A program made the position numbers and the translations under genes. Source: Octopus sinensis (lineage: Eukaryota). Taken from it: DNA of 64,000 bases. How positions within the stretch are numbered: position 1 is the stretch's first letter; each line of letters starts with the position of its first letter. The notes beneath the pieces were generated by a model. The model saw only the letters and a program-made list of their open reading frames with translations, was not told the DNA's origin and did not search any database. The stretch lies in assembly GCF_006345805.1 (NCBI RefSeq), contig NC_042998.1:35464001-35528000 (forward strand). The letters run 5' to 3'. Below, in pieces: positions 11,543 through 24,660 of the stretch.

Positions 11543-11832
11543 TTTATTTGCTTCAATCACTTGACTGCGGCCATGCTGGAGCCCCACCTTTTAGTCGAAC
11601 AAATCGATCCCAGGACTTTTCTTTGTAAGCCTAGTACTTATTTTATCGGTTTCTTTTGCCGAACCGCTATATTGTCAAGTGATGGTGGGGTTGTAAACAC
11701 AGACACAGACATACACACACACACACACAAACATATATATATAGGCGCAGGAGTGGCTGTGTGGTAAGTCGCTTGTTTCCCAACCACATGGTTCCGGGTC
11801 CAGTTCCCCTGCGTGACACCTTGGGCAAGTGC
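11543..11832. mobile_element. SINE family C fragments (3' part on minus, head on plus)
   Basis: ttgactgcggccatgctggagc (tail, minus) and gagtggctgtgtggtaag...accttgggcaagt (head, plus). Confidence 0.75.
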
Positions 11833-11996
11833 ACAAAAAAACTGTTACTCAGAGTTTCACGTTCCCGTTCGTAACTCCGAGTAATAGATTTTTTTGTGAT
11901 GTTTTTGCAGCTTTAATGGTAAACCATATAACTCAACCTCCGGTATTCGAGTACTATTTCTTCCCACCTTGTTTCATATTCATGTGCTTACTTTAA

Positions 11997-12030
<34 letters not shown>

Positions 12031-12113
12031 TAAGGGTAGAAATTGATATTAATCAATTAAAACCAGTGGCCTAGCATATTATTTTAAAAATCCGAAGATT
12101 AAAAATTTTATAC

Positions 12114-12428
12114 ATACAAAAATTAAGAGGAATGACCACTAATAGTGGACAGCCTGTATGCTAGATATAGACGTCAAACTCGTCATTTACCACGAAGAAT
12201 GTGTTCTCAAAAACAAAATTCAGCGAAAACGAAAGTTTAAAAATAAGACAAATGAAAATAATGTTTTTTTTTATTTTCGTATATTTTCATTTGTCTTATT
12301 TTTAAACTTTGGTTTTCGCTGAATTTTGTTTTTGAGAACACATTCTTCGTGGTAAATGACGAGTTTGACGTCTATATCTAGCATACAGGCTGTCCACTAT
12401 TAGTGGTCATTCCTCTTAATATTTGTAT
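12114..12428. repeat. Near-perfect inverted repeat, 147-bp arms and 21-bp spacer
   Basis: 12114-12260 is the reverse complement of 12282-12428 with about 2 mismatches. Confidence 0.9.
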
Positions 12429-12487
12429 ATATATATATATATATATTATATATTATATATATATATATAATATATATATATATATAT

Positions 12488-12700
12488 AGTTAATCTAAAC
12501 ATGAAAACACAAAGAGAAAACACAACAACGCGAGGACGTGGAACAAGTATAGTGTTATTGGACGCTCAGGAAAGGAAAGAAAGAAGGAGGATTTAACGTT
12601 TCGAGCGGAGCTCTTCGTCAGAAACATAGGAAAAGGAAAGATCCAAGGAAGGGAAGACGGAGGAAAAAAATCGCCAACGATACACACGCGGTCACATTTT
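12488..12700 (-). mobile_element. Hammerhead-bearing ~210-bp repeat (family P, Penelope pLTR-like)
   Basis: Near-identical to 21505-21711 and 50621-50832. Contains ctgacgaagagctccgctcgaaacgtt and abuts (TA)n. Confidence 0.75.
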
Positions 12701-12702
12701 GA

Positions 12703-12735
<33 letters not shown>

Positions 12736-13486
12736 TGTATGTATCTATGTTTGTCTTTGTTTCTATGTTTGTCCCCACCAATACTTGACAACTGGTGTTG
12801 GTGTGTTTATGTCCCAATAACTTAGAGGTTCGGCTATATACATCGATAGAGTAAGTACCAGGCTTTAAATAAATAAGTACCCCAGCATGGCCGCAAGCTA
12901 ATTCCTCAAACAAGTAAAAGTAAAAAAGATAAAATATATTTGGACAACAACATCCTTATTATGGGTTCTCGGAACTAAACGAAAAAAAAGACTTACGCAA
13001 ATCAGGCAAACTGGCGGATTTCATAAAGCGTCGAGCTAAGGGCTGTCGGAAATCTCACAAGAACGTGAAGGAATATCAATAATAAAACCTGATGCTTTAG
13101 TAACAAAATTACAAGAAAGATTGTTTGAAAAAATTGTTTTAACAGAAAAATACAGAAAAATGGACAACTATTATCCTTCGCCCAAATTTACTCGAAAATG
13201 AATGAAAAGGAAAAAAAAGAGAGAGAATATTTTAGGCAATAGTTCTGATTACAATGAGAAGAGATAACAATGTGATTTTTCTAGTGCTTCTTGGAGAACG
13301 AGTAGAAATAGAATGAGAAAAGCGTTGGAAGCAGAATTGTGCGTAGGAATTCTATCGGTGATTGAATCAAGAAAGATGGAGATGCAGACGAAATGAAATA
13401 ATAGGAGCGAAACTGAGTTTCAAAAATGTGAAAACAAGATTTCCAACTATGAAATAGAAATAATATATGCGTTCATTGTGTGAATC

Positions 13487-14212
13487 GTTTCTACTATAGG
13501 CACAAGGCCTGGAATTTGGGAGCGGTTAAGTCGATTGCATCGACCCCAGTACTCAGCTGGTACTTAATTTATCGACCCCGAAAGGATGAAAGGCAAAGTC
13601 GACCTCGGCGGAATTTCAACTCAGAACATAAAGACAGACGAAATACTACTAAGCATTTTGCCAGGCGTGCTAACGTTCCTTATTTCTTTACTGCTCACAA
13701 GGGGCTACACACAGAGGGGACAAACAAGGACAGACAAAGGGATTAAGTCGATTACATCGATCCCAATACGCAACTGGTACTTAATTTATCGACCTCGAAA
13801 GGATGAAAGGCAAAGTCAACCTCGGCGGAATTTGAAAACAGAACGTAAAGACACAAGGCCTGGAATTTGGGAGGGGTTAAGTCGATTGCATCGACCCCAG
13901 TACTCAACTGGTACTTAATTTATCGATCCCGAAAGGATGAAAGGCAAAGTCGACCTCAGCCGAATCTGAACGCAGAGGCAGACGAAATACCTATTTCTTT
14001 ATTACCCACAAGGGGCTAAACACGGAGGGAACAAACAAGGACAGACATAGGTATTAAGTCGATTACATCGACTCCAGTTTGTAACTGGTACTTAATTTAT
14101 CGACCCCGAAAGGATGAAAGGCAAAGTCGACCTCGGCGGAATTTGAACTCACAACGTAACGCAGACGAAATACCGCTAAGCATTTCGCCCGGCGTGCTAA
14201 CGATTCTGCCAG
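13487..14212 (-). mobile_element. SINE family M composite (four cores, mixed tails A and B)
   Basis: Four copies of atcgaccccgaaaggatgaaaggcaaagtcgacctc. Head at ~14160-14212. Confidence 0.85.
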
Positions 14213-15099
14213 TATCCGATAATTATCGAGTGTTTTGTTCCTAAACCGTAACACCCTCCAGCAGAGGTTGCCAAATCACTGCTCACCATCTTCTCCTGGT
14301 TTCCAGCTTAACTCCTTTCTTGCTCCATAACCAACAAGATGCTCTTTATGTTGCCTCTCCGATCCTCTGAGTACAGCGTCGCTTCGCTCTTTTCCTCTCA
14401 TTCCAATGGCAGTAAGTATCGTCCGTACTGACTGGGTTGGAAATTCCCAACAGCCAACTTAGATCGGGAAAGGTCATGACTGTCATTTCAAAAAGAAAAT
14501 GGGTAACACGATTAGACAGAGCTAAAAGCGGGCTTTAAAATGATATAAAAAGTCAAAGCAATTTAACAAAAATTAACGAAAATTAATTTGAGAATACATA
14601 TTTAAAACCAAAATTTAAAATTCCGCAAGAACTTTCTTAACCTAATATAAGATAGCAAATAATATCGAACTATAGTATTAGATACAAGGTGTCTGGAGGA
14701 AAAAGATGGATTGGTCCTGTTCAGATTGTCATTGATCATAGGTTTGGTCAATCAGGACCGACTCCGAATAAATAACATAACGACAACACTAGCACTACGG
14801 CCAGAATTAACATCAGTTAAGTTCCTCCAGATCTCCTTTTGACTATAGTTGTACCTCATTGAGTTAAAAACAAACAGACGTTCATATTTCTTTTCTAGCG
14901 GAAGAAAACAAAATCTACTTTAAATATTGAAAATACAATGTCACCTATCGTTTAATTCGTTAACAATTCTTTTAGCGTGGCAGTAATTTATCTTTTTGTC
15001 AGACAGAATCAGTCAAAGAATTAGCGGTACTGAAAGTATTTTAGAATTTCGGTTCTTAAAATTAAACACTAATGATAATACGTTCAAACTTGTTAACAG

Positions 15100-15300
15100 T
15101 TCAAACATGCTTGAGGTGTATTCGAGCCCGTTAGAAAGCTATTCACTGTATTTTGTCATGGAGGAAATTTCTCGCTTTGGACAAATGGATGTAAATGCAC
15201 CAAATCAGCTCACAGCGCCACCTGTTCAGACTGTTGGATGCATGTATTTCAGAGTGATTAGCTCCTCTTCAGCAACAGAAACCGGAAAGGCAGATGTGGC
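15100..15300 (-). repeat. Dispersed repeat with hammerhead motif (second copy 36712-36915)
   Basis: Minus strand ctgttg-CTGAAGA-ggag..ctct-GAAA-tacatgcaTC-caacag (15231-15278). Confidence 0.6.
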
Positions 15301-15329
15301 GTCATGAGTTCAGGAAGGAAGCCATGAAT

Positions 15330-15696
15330 CGGAACAAGAAATATTTTGTGCTGCAAAAATAGCCGGCTTTGGTTAACAGAAATCAAACTATTCTGCAACG
15401 AGAGAATGCAAGACCTCATACCGGTCGAACAACCTGGAATAAACTCTAGGAACTTGAGGAAATCGAACTAATACTGCACCCAGCATATAGTCCGGACCTA
15501 CCTCCCTCGGATTATTACATGTTTCCAGCTATGGATCTCTTCCTGCGCTCGCGACGCCTCATCAACCAAGAAGGGGTGGAAACATTAGTGAAGAATTTCT
15601 TCGCCTCGAAGGACAAGAACTGGTATCAGTATTAAAGAACTGGCAGAAAGATGGTTTCAGACGATGCAACATGATGACCTCTTCTTTGAATGCTAG
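15330..15696 (+). pseudogene. mariner transposase C-terminal relic
   Basis: Manual translation: PALVNRNQTILQRENARPHT...HPAYSPDLPPSDYYMF...LAERWFQT, with a stop and frameshifts. Confidence 0.85.
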
Positions 15697-15762
15697 ACTG
15701 CTTTTGTTGTAACTTGACCAATAAAGCAAATAAGTTACCAAAATATTACAAAAACTGGTGAC

Positions 15763-16143
15763 TGAGTGGCTATGTGGTAAGTAGGTTGTTTACCAACCAC
15801 ATGGTTCTGGGTTCAGTCCCACTGCATGGCACCTTGGGCAAGTGTCTTATACTAAAACCTTGTGAGTGGATTTGGTAGACGGAAACTGAAAGAAGCCTGT
15901 CGTATATATGTATGTATATGCGTGTGTGTGTTTGTGTGTCTGTGTTTGTCCCCCTAGCATTGCTTGACAACCGATGCTGGTGTGTTTGTGTCCCCGTTAC
16001 CTAGCGGTTTGGCAAAAGAGACTGATAGAATAAATACTGGGCTTACAAAAGAATAAGTCCCGGGGTCGAGTTGCTCGATTAAAGATAGTGCTCCAGCATG
16101 GCCGCAGTCAAATGACTGAAACAAGTAAAAGAGTAAAGAGAGA
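15763..16143 (+). mobile_element. SINE family C (tRNA head, CORE-like accttgggcaagt, CR1-like tail), near full length
   Basis: Matches copies at 28636, 38463, 51841 and 58903. Tail gtgctccagcatggccgcagtcaaatgactgaaacaagtaaaagag. Confidence 0.85.
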
Positions 16144-17147
16144 CTCAACACAATATTTTAGAAATTCAAATTTTATATGTCATAGAGATTTATTGATTTT
16201 TTTTTTGCGATGGTAAAAATTTGGGAACAGCTGTACTATGTAGTTGTTCAGCTTGTTAGAAAGAGCAGTGAAATCCCCTAAGCATATAAACTTAAACATA
16301 TAATAAGGAGGATATTTAAGATAATAGAGGATAATGTAGTATTAAACACAAGATGTCTTGAAAGACAGGACAGGTTGATTCTGTCAAGAAAGCTTTTGAC
16401 CATTAATCTGATCAATCAACGCCGACCTCGAACTAAACAACAACCGACAATGTAACCAACGCTAACATTTCCAGATATCATTTAAGTACAGTTAAGCCTT
16501 ATTATGTTAAAAACCGTTCTTTTTGCTGGAGGGAGAAAAGATACAAATCATTGAAGATGCAATCAATGTCACGTGTTCCTCCGTAGAACCGTTCTGTTAA
16601 CGTCACAAGGAATTTATCTTTCTCTCGGAAAGAATCACAGCGAGAGAATTAATGATATCGAAAAATGTTTTAGAATTTCAATTCTTCATAAAATTAAGTG
16701 CAAATGATAATGTATTCTTTCCTAGATAACACACTTTGCTTTGGAGCATTAGATTTTTAATTACGATAAAGCTGAAAGAAATAGATCAGATGTGCTCTAT
16801 ATTTGAGTAAGATCACACAATACACACACACACACATCATATATATGTTCAGTTAATATTACCATATTTAATGCAGTGATGAGGAAAAATGGATTTTAGC
16901 TCAGTGACCAATAACATATTATTAATTATTTCTGCAATTACGGCAGACAGCTTCACAGATGCAAGAGTCTCATTAAACATCCTCAACGAAGCATAGACTT
17001 CAGTGCAGCGATTGATGTAGCGGTGAGAGAATCATTAAGTAGAGATCTAACACTGTAGAGGAGAACGCCTGATAGAATTAACATATTCAAAGATTAATCA
17101 CAGACGCCAGCAACATGAAAAATAAAACTGTCTCCTATATACTTTAT

Positions 17148-17390
17148 GTGGAGGCGTAATGGCCCAGTGGTTAGGACAGCGGATTCGCGGTCGTAGGATC
17201 GCGGTTTCGATTCCCAGACCGGGCGCTGTGAGTGTTTATCGAGCGAAAACACCTAAAGCTCCATGATGCTCCGGCAGGGGGTGGTGGCGATCACGGCTGT
17301 ACTATTTCGCCACAACTTTCTCACACTCTTTCTTCTGTTGGCCTGCTCGCTTAGCCAGCAGGGTGGCGTCACTCGAAGGCTAAAACAATC
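17148..17390 (+). mobile_element. SINE family R head with an alternative tail
   Basis: gtggaggcgtaatggcccagtggttagg...ggtttcgattccc. It diverges from the standard copies after tctttcttc. Confidence 0.75.
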
Positions 17391-18980
17391 CATCACTGAA
17401 ACTGTAAAAATCTGTAAAACTTTCCAGAAGTTTATCATTTAAATATATGTCTAGATATGTAACTATATGCATGAGAGTACATACATAAAACATACAAATA
17501 TGCACATACGTACATACATGCATACATGCATGCATACATACATACATACATACATACATACATACATACATACATACATACAAACAAACAAATGAGAATA
17601 CATACATGAAACATACAAATCTGCACATACATGCATACATACTTACATACATACAAAAATACCCTGTTGTTGTTGAAATCCCAATGACGTTGCCTTGGAT
17701 CTAGGTTAGAAACCGATTCTTTCTCTATTGGCAAGAAATCTTGAAATAAACTGAATAATGACATACATATGCTAACGGCGTGTTCTTGGAGAGACTATCC
17801 AGTCTATTTTTATATCAGAGACTCGGTCGGGAACCCACTTGGGGGCTCTGTCGGTAGCTTTTATGGGTACCAGTATATATGAACACATGGATGGATGATC
17901 TGTGTGTGGATGGACATGTTAATCACCTACATGTAAGAGTACCGTCGCGTATCATCTGAAGAATCGTTGTTTGGTATCGAATCAACGATACAAAGCTGTG
18001 TCTGCGGTAAGGACTGTTAACGTCCCTTCTGTTGAACTGTAAATATGAGCCGTTGATAGGTCTTGGCAGTTAATTCCCTTTAGTTCAAACAAGATAATAC
18101 ATGCGGTGGTTATTGTTGTATAACATACGTGAATTCTGATCGAGTAAAATTATGATTCAAAGCATTAAAGAGGGGCAAATTCCACGAAACTTTCTCTAGA
18201 ATCGCTGTAGTCTTAATCTTTGCTTCATAAATGTATGTATCGCGTGTGTAGAAAGGGAATGTCTAGGTGAATAATCTATTGTGTTACCAAATTACAGATT
18301 CTTCCAAATAGTCGAAGCTGGTTTATTGTTTCTAAATAAAGGACTTCGCTGTTTTGTCTCGAACTTGAATACAAAATATCACATTGGCATCATCTTCAGC
18401 AGACTTTCGTCTCATCCGTGCAGAGTCGATAGCGCTCGTCCAATGGACGTTAGTCAATCTGTCACTTTTTATGAGATTCGCCCAAAAATAATTCCTTCAA
18501 ATAAATCATAAATCATAGTTTATGTCGTTGAAAATGGAAGTGTAGCGATGCTAAAGATATTGATCTCAATAGTCAAATAATTTTATTTATTTTTTTTGGT
18601 ATAACGAAATTATTTAAAGACCTCAGTATTGCATAAATCATGAAATTTCAGTCTCAAAGTCAATAAATGCTGCTATGTAAGTATAGGTGCATGGTGTGTA
18701 GGTGTCGCTTTTTATGATAGGCATTCTTGTGAGATCAGGGTAATTAAAAATTGATATCTTTTTCTACGCCGAGAAAATATATTTCAGCGAGAGCAATACA
18801 ATTTTTTTCATATCGTTTCGTTCATCTTAGTTATCATATTATAAGTTCCTGAAATATCGATTCTTATTAGTTCGCTGTATTCCGACACGTAAAAAACTGT
18901 TCAACATCTGACATAATTAGTTTTTGTGTGTGTGTGTGTGAATGTGTGCGTGTGTGAGTGTGTGTGTGTGTTTTATATAT

Positions 18981-19081
<101 letters not shown>

Positions 19082-19125
19082 CATATGCGCGCGTGTATGT
19101 GAATACATATACACCTATGTATATA

Positions 19126-19511
19126 TTCTTTTCTACTCTAGGCAAAAGGCCCAAAATTTTGGGGAGAGGGAGCCAGTCGATTATATCCACCCCAACTGGT
19201 ACTTATTTTATCGACCCCGAAAGGATGAAAAGTAAAGTCAACCTCGGCGGAATTTAAACATAAAGACAGACGAAATACCTATTTCTTTACTACCTACAAG
19301 GGGCTAAACACAGAGAGGACAAACAAGGACAGACAAACGAATTAAGTCGATTATATCGACCTCAGTGCGAAACTGGTACTTATTTAATCGACCCCGAAAG
19401 GATGAAAGGCAAAGTCAATCTCGGCGGAATTTGAACACAGAACGTAAAGACAGACGAAATACCGCTAAACATTTCGCCCAGCATGCTAACGGTTCTGCCA
19501 GCTCGCCATCT
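19126..19511 (-). mobile_element. SINE family M dimer with 15-bp TSD
   Basis: acctatgtatatatt on both flanks. Internal junction cgaaatacc|tatttcttt. Confidence 0.85.
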
Positions 19512-19699
19512 TATACCTATGTATATATTAAAGTATTAATTTGAAAGGGACAAGTTCCAAGGTCAATAATACTTCTCATCAAAGCCGACATATATCTAAA
19601 CACAGACCCTCCTTAATTCAGGCTCAAATATACTAGAAATAGCAGCCACTTGAACTATAGGATTGCAGGGAACCCAAGTCTGAGCAGACAACCTAGTAA

Positions 19700-20220
19700 T
19701 AAAACATCTCCAAAACGAGATATAATCTGGTTTACCCCTCCATTTTCCCTTCAAATTGGGAACCTCCCTAAAGTGTTTTTTTTAATAGTTTAATTGATAG
19801 GAACTTCCCCTTAGAACATAAGTACCATCCTATATTCAATAGATCATCTTTGACATTATCCAATTCTACGACGCCAAACTTGGGATCCATTATAGCAATA
19901 TATATAGGAAAATATATACAGTGAGTACTGCTGACTTCAAAGTCAGGTACAGGGCGCATTTAAACTCGTTTATAAGTAAGGGATCTAAAAATTCAACGGT
20001 CCTGGTTATTTATATCAATAAATTAAAAAATAGTAATAGCAAATACAATTTAAAATGATCTCTATAATGTTTGAATCCACTCTATAATACTCATGCAAAA
20101 GTTTAAAAATTATGCATCAAGGAAGCCATTAGCACGCTTCAAACGGATAAAAAAATTATTGATTAACAAGATCTTAGAGTGTTTGATCTCATATCGACAT
20201 AAGTACTTTTCTACATTTAA
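19700..20220 (+). pseudogene. Penelope-like (Naiad-like) RT C-terminal/GIY-YIG relic with internal deletion
   Basis: Manual translation: KRDIIWFTPPFS..IG..F..LIDRNFPLEHKYHPIFNR....S.STTPNLGSII; STADFKVRYRAHLNSF....NSTVL..YINKLK; KLCIKE; LINKILECLISYRHK. The motifs match recalled PLE RT-linker and GIY-YIG consensus. Confidence 0.7.
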
Positions 20221-20552
20221 ATTTTTCTCAGGATAATAATTATTTAATCTATACATTTTAATCATCTTATCCCACCAAGTTTTGAACTTGTCTTAGCTTA
20301 CATTCGCGCACATTTCACGGACTAGCTAAACGTATAAATGTCATTTTTCTTTTTTCCCCTAATTCTTTTTTTTTTTGTAGGTGGGTAATTTTTCTCAGTA
20401 ATTTTACACTATGAACATTCGACCAGACATGGAATCTCGGAATTCATGAAATGTTTATACTTGTATATAATTGCTGTATGTTCTTAAACATATTTTTTAC
20501 AATCCCACGAATACTTTTATGATTTTGTTTAAAAATTCCAAATCCGTACATG

Positions 20553-20640
20553 GTCTCTGATGAAGGAACTGTGGATTACCGAAGTTCCAAAGGCCTTACC
20601 TACACACTTCTTCGCACATTCACGGAAACAACTGTAAGAC
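20553..20640 (+). ncRNA. Hammerhead motif with extended stem II region, downstream of the PLE relic
   Basis: gtct-CTGATGA...GAAA-caactgTA-agac. Confidence 0.5.
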
Positions 20641-20836
20641 TCTTTCTTTTTATTGGATTCATTGAGGACTTCCCTTCTGGATTATTGTGAATTATTCTCA
20701 TCAGCTTGGACTTCTATCTGTATGTATTTATGCAATTACTTATCCGACTTTGATTTAAGCACGGAATTACACTATTATGTATATATATATGTTTTTGTAT
20801 GTTATGTTCTCGCATGCTTATAATGGCTTATATATA

Positions 20837-21068
20837 TTTCTTTACTACCCACAAGGGGCTAAACACAGAGGGGACAAACAAGGACAGACAAACGGATTAA
20901 GTCGATTATATCGACCCCAGTGCGAAACTGGTACTTTATTTATCGACCCCGAAAGGATGAAAGACAAAGTCGACCGCGGCGGAATTTGAACTCAGAACGT
21001 AACAGCAGACGAAATACGGCTACGCATTTCGCCCGTCGCGTTAACGTTTCTGCCAGCTCGCCGCCTTA
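20837..21068 (-). mobile_element. SINE family M monomer (tail A) with TSD
   Basis: ataatggcttatatat on both flanks. Confidence 0.9.
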
Positions 21069-21504
21069 TAATGGCTTATATATGCCCTCTGCTTTTAGAT
21101 ATACGGCGGCTTTTGATGAGGAGTATTATTAACTTATGTCTCTTTCAAATTAACACTTTGATCGCTCAATAAATTGAGCCCTACGCTGTTGTTTCTTAAA
21201 AAGAATTCACCTCTATAATTTTTCATTACTTACCTATGTATTGGGTTGGTGTATAATTATTATTGCGGCTTTTTACATTTTTTTTCCAACAAATTTTATT
21301 CAACAAAAACAATAACAATATTTAACAAAAACATCTTTAAATGGCCGTCTGACCGTCTGACAGGCAAATGGGAAACAGTAATTGAAGTAGATATAATCCT
21401 CTGCTAATACTTTACATATACCACGTACTCGCGTTATTATTTTTTCTTTTGTGTTTGCTTTTCTTGGGTGGGGGGGATTTATATATGTGTGTGTGTGTGT
21501 GTGT

Positions 21505-21711
21505 GTGACCGCGTGTGTACCGTTGGCGATTTTTCCCTCCGTCTTCTCTTCCTTGGATCTTTCCTTTTTCTATGTTTCTGACGAAGAGCTCCGCTCGAAA
21601 CGTTATATCCTCCTTCTTTCTTTCCTTTCCTGAGCGTCCAATAACACTATACTGGTTCCACGTCCTCGCGTTGTTGTGTTTTCTCTTTGTGTTTTCATGT
21701 TTGGATTAACT
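21505..21711 (+). mobile_element. Family P hammerhead repeat
   Basis: CTGACGA-agagctccgctc-GAAA-cgtt at 21578-21604. Confidence 0.75.
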
Positions 21712-22388
21712 AAGGAATATATCTTTTTTTATAAGATTAAGTCCGAAATTGATTCAATATAGAGATAACGAAATTTAAATTTTCTAAAGGTTAGTTGCCC
21801 GTTTTCAGTTTCAATTTTCCTGTAACAAGCGGATTATAAGTGGATAAAACAGTGTATTTGGCTTTAGAATAACCCTCTTTAGCCCTTAATTATATGATGT
21901 ATATTGCAACCGTAACGGTTTTTTTAAATATACTGCCCACGCTTCCTGATGGATTCCTTTGCTGTAGAGTAAGGGACTTCATCCTATATTGCTTAGTAGT
22001 AAACTCGATGCTTGCTACAGGAGGATTGGTAACCATTACAATTTGTAGCGGCGAAAGGTCTGGACGTTGTTTTCTGAGGCTGACCAAAGAATTTTTATTT
22101 TTAGATATAAGTGATGTACTCAAGTGTAGTTATGTTTTTAGCTTGTGCTTTTTCCATGATCATACGTGAGTATTTTATTATATCCCATCGAAAGTTCTAC
22201 TGAAGAAGGAATATATCTTTTTTTATAAGATTAAGTCCGAAATTGATTCAATATAGAGATAACGAAATTTAAATTTTCTAAAGGTTAGTTGCCCGTTTTC
22301 AGTTTCAATTTTCCTGTAACAAGCGGATTATAAGTGGATAAAACAGTGTATTTGGCTTTAGAATAACCCTCTTTAGCCCTTAATTATA

Positions 22389-22392
<4 letters not shown>
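21712..22392 (+). repeat. Partial tandem repeat (494-bp period, identical 187-bp direct repeats) containing a hammerhead
   Basis: 21712-21898 equals 22206-22392. tcta-CTGAAGA-agga...tcc-GAAA-ttgattcaaTA-taga at 22196-22257. Confidence 0.75.
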
Positions 22393-22436
<44 letters not shown>

Positions 22437-22682
22437 CAGAGAAGATCAAAGTATTGATTCATGTTTGTCAATTGTTTATCCTCTCCGTTTTCTTATTTGC
22501 CTTATAAATCCTGGGTAAATTTCCATTTTACCCCCACCCATACCTTATACTCAATTGCGATATTGCTATGCAATACTAAGCACTTGGTTATAAATAATTA
22601 GGTACACATCCAGTAGTATATTGAATATCCCTCACATGGTTTCTTAACCTCTAACTCATACAGAAATATATATACAGACAGG

Positions 22683-22910
22683 AAGGCGGCGAGCTGGCAG
22701 ACACGTTAGCGCGCCGGGTGAAATGCTTAGCTGTATTTCGTCTATTGTTATGTTCTGAGTTCAAATTCCGCCGAGGTCGACTTTGCCTTTCATCCTTTCG
22801 GGGTCGATAAAGTACCAGTTTCGCACTGGGGTCGATATAATCGACTTAATCCCTTTGTCTGTACTTGTTTGTCCCCTCTATGTTTAGCCCCTTGTGGGCA
22901 ATGAAGAAAT
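22683..22910 (+). mobile_element. SINE family M monomer (tail A)
   Basis: Full head, core and tail A, ending aagaaat before (TA)n. Confidence 0.9.
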
Positions 22911-22911
22911 C

Positions 22912-22954
<43 letters not shown>

Positions 22955-23046
22955 CACACACACACACACCACACACACATACACACACACACATACACAC
23001 ACACACACATACACACACACACATACATACATACATACATACATAT

Positions 23047-23335
23047 GAAGGTGCCCGGCCAAGTGGTTAAGGTGTTGCATTTGCAATTGCTGCGTCGTGT
23101 GTTCAATTCCCGGACCGAACGGTGTGTTGTTGTTGTTTTTTTTTGTGGGGGGGGGGCAAAACACTTCATTTCACGTTGCTCCGATCCACTTGGCTGCAAA
23201 TGAGTGACCTTTCCACGGACTAGCCTTCCGATCGGGATGGGTGGGTGATAGCATCCTTAGAAAGCTAAAACAATACCAAGCGCATTGTGACCAGCGATGA
23301 ATAACAGCATCCGATAGTCTGGTCGGTCAGGTGAT
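23047..23335 (+). mobile_element. tRNA-derived SINE with CORE-like body (related copy 37616-37850)
   Basis: ggccaagtggttaagg...gttcaattccc followed by gggcaaaacacttcatttcacgttgctc. Confidence 0.6.
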
Positions 23336-23796
23336 ATATATATATATGTATATATGGTGGGACCGTACGTATAGGTGTGTGTGTGTGTGTATGTATGTTT
23401 GCCTGTATGTATGTGTGCTGCATGTGCATGCATGTGTTCGCCTCCCCTGGTCGTCAAAATACATGGGCAACATGGAGACAAGGAGAGAAAAGTCACGGGT
23501 TAGAAGAACGAAATGACATTGCTGAGATTCACAAACAACGAAAATAAATCGAAATATTTCGAAGACAACTATTAGCTGATATTAAGATATGAAAAAATTA
23601 AAACGTTTATATCAAAAAACTAATTAAAGAAAGATAGTTAAAAATGATTGCAAAACAAAATAAAATTGTTTAAACAGATTAATATGACAAAATTTAAAAT
23701 TTGGCACACTTCATGTCTAAAGTCAATGAAAATGGAAGAGAAATTATATTAATTTGAACAACGGATTAGGTTAGGTTTCCTGAAAACGGCACACGA

Positions 23797-23804
23797 GACA
23801 CACA

Positions 23805-23836
<32 letters not shown>

Positions 23837-24660
23837 TACACACACATACACACACACACACACACATACATACACACACACACACACATACACACACATA
23901 CACACACACATACACACACATACACACACACATACACACACATACACACACACATACACACACACACATACACACACACATACTCACACATACACACACA
24001 TACTCACACTCACACATACACACATACACACTCACACATACACACTCACACACACACACTCACACATACACATACACACAGTCACACATACACACAGTCA
24101 CACATACACACATACACACAGTCACACAGTCACACAGTCACACAGTCACACAGTCACACATACACAGTCACACAGTCATACAGTCACACAGTCACACATA
24201 CACACATACACACAGTCACACATACACACAGTCACACATACACACAGTCACACATACACACAGTCACACATACACACAGTCACACATACACACAGTCACA
24301 CATACACACAGTCACACATACACACAGTCACATATAGTCACAGTCACACAGTCACACAGTCTCGCTCACACATACTCGCTCACACATACTCGCTCACACA
24401 TACTCGCTCACACATACTCGCTCACACATACTCGCTCACACACACACATTCGCGCACACATTCGCGCACACACATTCGCGCACACACTCACACACACACA
24501 TTCGCGCACACACTCATACACACATACTCACACTCACTCACACACACATACTCACACTCACTCACACATACTCACACTCACTCACACTCACTCACACACA
24601 CATACTCACTCACACACACATACTCACTCACTCACACACACTCACACACACACACACATA
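23797..24660. repeat. Complex (CA)n-derived microsatellite/minisatellite
   Basis: Successive blocks of cacata, cacagt, catactcgct, cattcgcg and cact variants. Confidence 0.95.

Noticed and set aside
17150-17225. Possible tRNA gene
   Set aside because: It has A/B boxes but no complete cloverleaf, and it runs into a SINE body found in many copies.
20056-20058. In-frame TGA in the Naiad-like relic as possible selenocysteine
   Set aside because: It falls where a Trp is expected, in a copy with other stops and frameshifts. No SECIS was identified.
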